From the NCBI GenBank assembly GCA_963707345.1, contig CAVPPE010000001.1, positions 599,025-663,024 of the forward strand: 64,000 nucleotides of DNA. Direction: 5' to 3'. Positions 58,818 to 64,000 of the stretch are shown in pieces (position 1 is the stretch's first letter; every line of letters starts with the position of its first letter). A program made the position numbers and the translations under genes. The notes below the pieces were generated by a model. It made no database searches. It saw only the letters and a program-made list of their open reading frames with translations, and was not told the origin of the DNA. The stretch comes from an uncultured Chloroflexia bacterium (GTDB lineage Bacteria > Chloroflexota > Anaerolineae > Promineifilales > UBA4811).

Positions 58818-60461
58818 ATGGATCCGGGTGAGCTGTACAAACAGAAGCTGCTTTCCATCCCGGAAGCCGTGTCGCTGGTCCAGTCGCATCAGACCATCGG
58901 CGTGGCGCTGGCTGCCTCGGAACCGCCCGGTCTGTTGAGCGAGCTGGGGAATCACAAGGACCGCCTGGAAGATGTGACGGTCTGGGTGGCTTTGCCCCTG
59001 CGGCGCTACGATTTTGTCTACGATCCCCAGATGGCGGGCCACTTTTTTGTGGAGAACTGGTTCTACGGCGCTCCCGATCGGGCGGTGCACCCCCAGGGCC
59101 GCATCTCCTATATCCCCAATAATCTGCACGCGGCCGCCAAGGTCAAGCTGGCGGCCGTAGGCAACCATCTGGACATCTACTGGGGCACGGCCACCCCACC
59201 GGACAGGCGCGGCTTTATGTCGCTGTCGGTTGGGCTGATCTATGAAAAGATGCTCATCGAAGCGGCCGACCTGGTGGTGCTGGAGTTGAACGAGAACACC
59301 CCCTGGACGCTGGGTGACACCCAGATCCACATCTCGGACGTGGATTACGTGGTCGAGAACCACGTGCCGATGTTCGAGTTGCCGGTCACAGCGCCCAGCG
59401 ACTGGGAGCAATCTATCGGCGGCTACATCGCCGAGCTGATCGAGGATGGAGCCACGATTCAGTTGGGCATCGGCGGCATCCCCAACGCCATCACCGCCTA
59501 TCTGCTGGAGCGGCGCGACCTGGGTGTGCACACCGAGATGTTCACCGACGGGATGGTCGATCTCTACGAGGCGGGGGTCGTCACTGGCAAGCGCAAAACG
59601 CTGTGGCAGGGCAAGATGGTCGGCGGCTTTGCCCTTGGTACGCGAAAGCTCTACGATTTTGTCGACGACAACCTGGCGGTTGAGTTCCAGCAGGGCAAAG
59701 TCACCAACGATCCGTATGTCATTGGCAAAAACTACAAAATGGTGAGCGTCAACACCGCACTGCAGGTGGACCTGTACGGACAGGTGTGCTCGCAAAGCCT
59801 GGGGCCGCGCCACTTTAGCGGCACGGGCGGCCAGCTCGACACCCACCGCGGCGCGCAGCTCTCGCCCGGCGGCCGGGGCATCATCGCCCTGCACTCGGTG
59901 GCCAGGGACGGCGAAATCTCAACGGTGGTACCGATGTTGAACGAGGGGGCGCAAGTCACGGTCGCCAGCCAGGACGTGGATACCGTGGTCAGCGAGTACG
60001 GCGTGGCCGAGCTGAAAGGGCGCTGCATCAAGGACCGGACCGAGGCTCTGATCCGGATCGCGCATCCCGACTTTCGCCCCTGGCTGCGCGAGGAGGCCGA
60101 GCGACTCCAGATCGTGCCCCGCCTGGTGGTGCCCGGTTTTGAGTCTGGAAGAGCCCGTCGCGCCGCGCCAGCGCACCTGGCGTCACGGCCGATACGATCC
60201 GGTTGGGTACCTTCTGCGACCTCTCCGGCCCCAACGCCGCCCTTGGCCTGGCGGCGTTGCGCGGCTATTCCGCCTGCTATGAGCATGCCAACCGCTGGGG
60301 CGGCGTCCACGGGCGAAAGATCGAACTGCTCGTCGAGGACGATGGCTTTGACCCCACCCGCACCCGGCCGGCCGTCATTAAGCTGGTCGAGCAGGATGAG
60401 GTATTTGCCATCGTCAGTCCGTTGGGTACCATCACCAACATGGCGGTGCTCGATTACCTGA
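58818..60461 (+). CDS. Acetyl-CoA hydrolase/transferase family enzyme (4-hydroxybutyrate CoA-transferase-like); the natural stop appears to be missing
   Basis: The homologous region MDPGELYKQKLLS…GIGGIPNA…GTGGQLD…IRIAHPDFRPWLREEAERLQI ends at about 60140. The ORF then reads on for about 105 low-complexity codons, out of frame over the next gene, to 60461. Confidence 0.8.
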   Translation: MDPGELYKQKLLSIPEAVSLVQSHQTIGVALAASEPPGLLSELGNHKDRLEDVTVWVALPLRRYDFVYDPQMAGHFFVENWFYGAPDRAVHPQGRISYIPNNLHAAAKVKLAAVGNHLDIYWGTATPPDRRGFMSLSVGLIYEKMLIEAADLVVLELNENTPWTLGDTQIHISDVDYVVENHVPMFELPVTAPSDWEQSIGGYIAELIEDGATIQLGIGGIPNAITAYLLERRDLGVHTEMFTDGMVDLYEAGVVTGKRKTLWQGKMVGGFALGTRKLYDFVDDNLAVEFQQGKVTNDPYVIGKNYKMVSVNTALQVDLYGQVCSQSLGPRHFSGTGGQLDTHRGAQLSPGGRGIIALHSVARDGEISTVVPMLNEGAQVTVASQDVDTVVSEYGVAELKGRCIKDRTEALIRIAHPDFRPWLREEAERLQIVPRLVVPGFESGRARRAAPAHLASRPIRSGWVPSATSPAPTPPLAWRRCAAIPPAMSMPTAGAASTGERSNCSSRTMALTPPAPGRPSLSWSSRMRYLPSSVRWVPSPTWRCSIT

Positions 60462-61276
60462 TCGAAAAGCAGGTCCCGGTTGTTTCACCGCACAGCGGGC
60501 TTTCGATCTGGGCATCGCCGCTCAAGCGAACCTATTTTGCGCTCCAGCCTTCATACCAGGTCGAGGGGCGGCTGCTGGCTCAATACGCGCTGGATGAGCT
60601 GCGCCCGCGACGGATCGCCGTGTTTGCCGTCGACGACCGATTTGGGCAGGAGGGTGCGCAGGCTTTTGTGAGCGAACTGGCGCGAGCGGGGGTGGCGCCG
60701 GCCGCAACGGTGTGGCATGCGGCCGGGGCGAGCGCACCGGCCGATTGGGTCGCCGAGCTGGCCGTTCACGACCCCGACCTGGTTTTGCTGTACACCTACG
60801 TCAAGCCGGCCGCCGATCTGTTGCTGGCTGCTCATGCCGCCGGTTTCCGCCCTGCCTGGCTGGGCAGCTATGTGCTCTCCGGGCCGGAGCTGTTCCAGTT
60901 TGCCGGCACGGCGGCGACCCACGGCCTGCGGGCCACGAGCTATCCGGCCGGTCCGCGCCACCATCGCGGCGAGCGCCTGTTCTGCAAACTGGTGGCCCGC
61001 AACACTCAGCACGGAGAGCAGACGCCCGGCACCCACAGCCGGATTGGCTTTGCGGCCGCGCAACTGGTTGTGGAGGGGCTCAAGCGCGCCGGGCCGGACC
61101 TGACCCGCGACGGATTTGTTGCCGCGCTGGAAGGGCTGGAGGCGTGGACCGGCGGCCTGCTGCCGCCCATCAGTTACAGTGCCACCGACCACCGGGGACT
61201 GAAAGGGCTGGCCATGATGCGCTCCCTGCACGGCCGGTGGGTGCGCGACAAAGGGCTATTAACGCTGGAGGAGTAG
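60143..61276 (+). CDS. LivK/AmiC-type (Peripla_BP_6) ligand-binding protein lacking any signal peptide or convincing start codon
   Basis: The frame opens at 60143 directly after a TGA. …TADTIRLGTFCDLSGPNAALG… is the typical first strand. The first possible start is TTG 60203, which has no RBS. No hydrophobic leader is present in any frame upstream. Confidence 0.6.
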   Translation, partial: VWKSPSRRASAPGVTADTIRLGTFCDLSGPNAALGLAALRGYSACYEHANRWGGVHGRKIELLVEDDGFDPTRTRPAVIKLVEQDEVFAIVSPLGTITNMAVLDYLIEKQVPVVSPHSGLSIWASPLKRTYFALQPSYQVEGRLLAQYALDELRPRRIAVFAVDDRFGQEGAQAFVSELARAGVAPAATVWHAAGASAPADWVAELAVHDPDLVLLYTYVKPAADLLLAAHAAGFRPAWLGSYVLSGPELFQFAGTAATHGLRATSYPAGPRHHRGERLFCKLVARNTQHGEQTPGTHSRIGFAAAQLVVEGLKRAGPDLTRDGFVAALEGLEAWTGGLLPPISYSATDHRGLKGLAMMRSLHGRWVRDKGLLTLEE

Positions 61277-61279
61277 AAA

Positions 61280-61693
61280 ATGGCTGTTTCGCTGGACAAG
61301 CTGATCATGACCAATCGGCCGACGCTGGTGGATGGGATTACCAAAGATGCCATCCGCCAGATACCGTCCTATGGCAAGCCGTTGTTGGGGCAGACGGTTG
61401 AGCGGGTCGAGCGCTGGCTGGACGCTCTGGCAAAGAGCATAGGCCAAAACGACCCGCATATCCTGGAGCAGCACCTGACGGCCGTGGCCAACGAGCGGCG
61501 GCAGGAGGGGTTTGCCGTCAGCGAGTTGCACGCCATTGTTGAGATCACCGAGCAGCAATTGCAGGAGATCATTGCGCGATCCGGTGGCAGCGAGGTGGAG
61601 CAAAACGCATTGAGCGCTCTGCTCCGCGCCGTGATGGACGCGGCGCGGATGATCCTGAGCGTGACCTATGTGCTGATGGCGAGTGCGTCGTGA
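61280..61693 (+). CDS. Small helical protein, possibly an RsbRD-N-terminal-like sensor domain (hypothetical)
   Basis: 137 aa. The pattern …VERVERWLDALAKSIGQNDPHILEQHL…ERRQEGFAVSELHAIVEI… is weakly reminiscent of that domain. Confidence 0.4.
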   Translation: MAVSLDKLIMTNRPTLVDGITKDAIRQIPSYGKPLLGQTVERVERWLDALAKSIGQNDPHILEQHLTAVANERRQEGFAVSELHAIVEITEQQLQEIIARSGGSEVEQNALSALLRAVMDAARMILSVTYVLMASAS

Positions 61694-61721
61694 CCCGGCC
61701 GATGTTGAGGGAGGTGGTGGG

Positions 61722-63273
61722 ATGCATGCAGCGGACCTGTTGAGCGCACGAGCGCGGCTGACCCCCGACCGGGTGGCGCTGGTGGACATGGATTCCGGCC
61801 GGCGCTATTCCTACGTCCAGCTAAACGCCAGGGCCAATCGGTTGGCAAACCTGTTGCGGGAGCGGTACGGAGTCCAAAAGGGCGACCGGGTATCGATACT
61901 GGCCCACAACAGCGTGGACTATATCGACCTGTTTTACGGACTGGCCAAGATTGGTGCCATCTTTGCGCCGCTCAATTGGCGGCTGGTGGCGCGCGAGCTG
62001 GTCTATATCGTCAACGACTGCGAACCCAAGGTGTTGTTCTGCGGCGCCGAGTTTGCCGGCTTGCTGGCAGAGATGCGGCCGGAGGTGAACGTGCCTCATT
62101 ACGTTGCACTGGAAGGGGCTGCCGTTGATAGCGCAGCCTGCTACGAGGAGCTGCGGGCAGGCACTTCCAGCAGGGAACCAGACCGGCCGCCGCTGGAGCC
62201 GGACGACACCTATGCCATTCTCTACACCTCTGGGACCACCGGCCGGCCCAAAGGGGCTACCATCCCCCATCGCCAGGTGCTGTGGAACTGCATCAACACG
62301 GTTGTCAGTTGGGGGCTGACCGAGAACGACATCTCGCCGGTGTTCACCCCGCTGTTTCACGCTGGCGGGCTGTTTGCATTTCTCACGCCGCTGTTTTACG
62401 CCAGCGGCCGGATCATCCTGTTCCGGAGTTTTGACCTCGAGGCCATCTTTCGCGCCATCCTGGAGGAAAGGTGCACCGTGGTGCTGGGTGTGCCGACCAT
62501 CTTTCGCATGTTCATGAAGCACCCGGAATTTGCATCCGTCGATTTGAGCCACGTTCGCTTTTTTATCAGCGGCGGCGCTCCGCTGCCGCCGGAACTGGTC
62601 CATGAGTGGCTGGCAGCCAAGGGCGGCGTCTTTCGGCAGGGCTACGGCCTCACCGAGGTGGGCGCCAACTGTTTCAGCATGACCGATGAGGAGTCGGTCG
62701 CCAAGCTCGGCACGGTGGGCAAGCCGATCTTCCACAGCCAGATGCGCCTGATCAACCCGGATACCTTGCAGGACGTGCCGGTCGGTGAGGAAGGTGAACT
62801 CCTCATCGCCGGCCCGCACGTCTGCACCGGCTACTGGCGCAACCCCGAGGCCAGCGCCAAGGCGCTCTGGTACGATCCGGCGACCGGTTCCGGACCGTGG
62901 TTCCGCACCGGCGACATGGCGCGCAGGGATGACGACGGCTTTTACACCATCATCGGCCGCTTCAAGGATATGATCAAGAGCGGCGGCGAGAACATCTATG
63001 CGGCCGAGGTGGAGGCGGTCTTTCGCGAGCACCCGGCCGTCGCCGAGGCTGCGCTCATCGGGCAGCCGGACGAGAAATGGGGCGAGGTCGGGCTGATGGT
63101 GGTGGTGCTTGCCAAAGGGCAGTCGGCGACCGAGGAGGAGTTGCGCGAGTTTTGCGGCGGCCGGCTGGCCCGCTACAAAATCCCCAAGCGGGTCGTGTTC
63201 ACCGACGTGCTTGCCCTATTCGCCCTACGGCAAGGTGATGAAGATCGAGTTGAAGAAGCAGTTTTTGAGCTAG
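61722..63273 (+). CDS. AMP-dependent acyl-CoA synthetase/ligase, apparent +1 frameshift near 63210-63213
   Basis: Contains YTSGTTGRPKG, …GYGLTE… and …TGD…DGF…GR.KDMIK.GGENI. The true C-terminus (…VFTDVL|PYSPYGKVMKIELKKQFLS*) is in the +1 frame and ends at 63273. Span length is 3n+1. Confidence 0.88.
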
Positions 63274-63282
63274 GAGGCAGCT

Positions 63283-64000
63283 ATGCCAAAGACAAACGCC
63301 AATGGGATCGAGATCTATTACGAGGTTCATGGGACCGGCGAGCCGCTGGTGCTGATCGCCGGCCTGGGTTATGACCTGTGGATGTGGCACAAGATGATTC
63401 CCGGCCTGGCCCAACATTTCCAGGTTATCGCTTTTGACAACCGCGGCGTGGGGCAGACCGACAAGCCGGGTGTGCCCTACACGGCGACCATGCTGGCGGC
63501 CGACACGGCCGGCTTGATGCAGGCGCTGGGCATCGAACAGGCGGCGGTGATGGGGCATTCGATGGGTGGGTTTGTGGCTCAGGAGTTGGCGATCAGCCGG
63601 CCGGAGCTGGTCAGCAAGCTCATCCTCTCGTCCACCAACTTTGGCGGCCCGCGCCACATCCCGGTGACGCAAGAGGCGCTGGCGGTGCTCACCGACATGT
63701 CCAGCGACCCCATCGAGCGGCTGCGCCGCGGGATAGTGATCAGCACCGCGCCCGGCTTTACCGAGGCTCATCCGGAGATCATTGAGGAGTGGCTGGAACA
63801 CCGCATCAGCCATCCAATTGACCCGGCCGGTTACCAGGCGCAGATGGCGATTGGCTTGAGCCTGATCTCTGAGGAAGCCTGCTTTGAACCCCGGCTCAAG
63901 AACGTGCAGGCCCCCACTCTGATCTTGTTTGGCCAACACGACAAGGTAGTGCCTCCGGGCAACGCTGATCTGTTGGCTAAGGAGATTCCCAACAGCCGGA
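63283..64000 (+). CDS. Alpha/beta-fold hydrolase; 3' end lies outside the window (not in the ORF track because it is open-ended)
   Basis: AGGAGG RBS. MPKTNANGIEIYYEVHGTGEPLVLIAGLG…FDNRGVGQTD…, nucleophile elbow GHSMGG. The frame is open to position 64000. Confidence 0.8.
   Translation, partial: MPKTNANGIEIYYEVHGTGEPLVLIAGLGYDLWMWHKMIPGLAQHFQVIAFDNRGVGQTDKPGVPYTATMLAADTAGLMQALGIEQAAVMGHSMGGFVAQELAISRPELVSKLILSSTNFGGPRHIPVTQEALAVLTDMSSDPIERLRRGIVISTAPGFTEAHPEIIEEWLEHRISHPIDPAGYQAQMAIGLSLISEEACFEPRLKNVQAPTLILFGQHDKVVPPGNADLLAKEIPNSR

Overview
GC-rich bacterial chromosomal segment. Gene content suggests a Chloroflexota-like lineage, but that is inference only. I can support about 60 protein-coding genes, one tRNA-Phe(GAA), several sigma70-type promoters with extended -10 boxes, and a few intrinsic terminators. 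I found no rRNA, CRISPR array, transposase, integrase or prophage genes. Layout: (1) 0-23 kb is a housekeeping block: YfhO, ybeY, 7TM-HD hydrolase, GatB/YqeY, HIT, an orphan Zn-ribbon DNA methyltransferase, mtaB, a methylmalonyl-CoA mutase B12-binding subunit plus meaB, prs, secA, add, an unassigned 420-aa protein, a CooC-like ATPase, two-subunit Fe-S fumarase, an FtsB-like protein, an MFS transporter and tRNA-Phe. (2) 24-31.6 kb holds a Ddl-like ATP-grasp gene and a System-I cytochrome c maturation cluster (ccmH, ccmG, two accessory membrane proteins, ccmABCD, ccdA); no ccmE or ccmF is in the window. (3) 31.6-34.3 kb: DUF2085, pgeF, yggS, yggT. (4) 34.3-49.8 kb is a long minus-strand sugar block: LacI regulator, ABC transporter, GH1 beta-glucosidase, Ldh2, amylosucrase, fructokinase, TreS, a TMPK-like protein and PPK2. 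(5) 49.9-64 kb is a PHA cluster behind a STAND-TPR-SARP regulator: two phasin/PhaR-like genes, a class I-type and a class III/IV-type PhaC, a KAS-III-like gene, an SDR reductase, a CoA-transferase, an acyl-CoA synthetase and an alpha/beta hydrolase. Most notable observations: the ABC substrate-binding lipoprotein gene contains two 1248-bp modules that are about 99.5% identical, joined in frame by a unique 42-bp linker. Three 11-bp-periodic direct repeats abut an extended -10 just downstream of the SARP-domain regulator and upstream of the PHA genes. Two adjacent perfect 14-bp palindromes sit at the lacI promoter. A CooC-type ATPase is translationally coupled to Fe-S hydro-lyase genes and follows an unassigned Cys-free protein. 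At least a dozen conserved genes are interrupted by what look like single-base insertions, always +1 in the reading direction and clustered in the ccm and PHA regions. These interruptions may be technical errors and must be checked before any biology is built on them.
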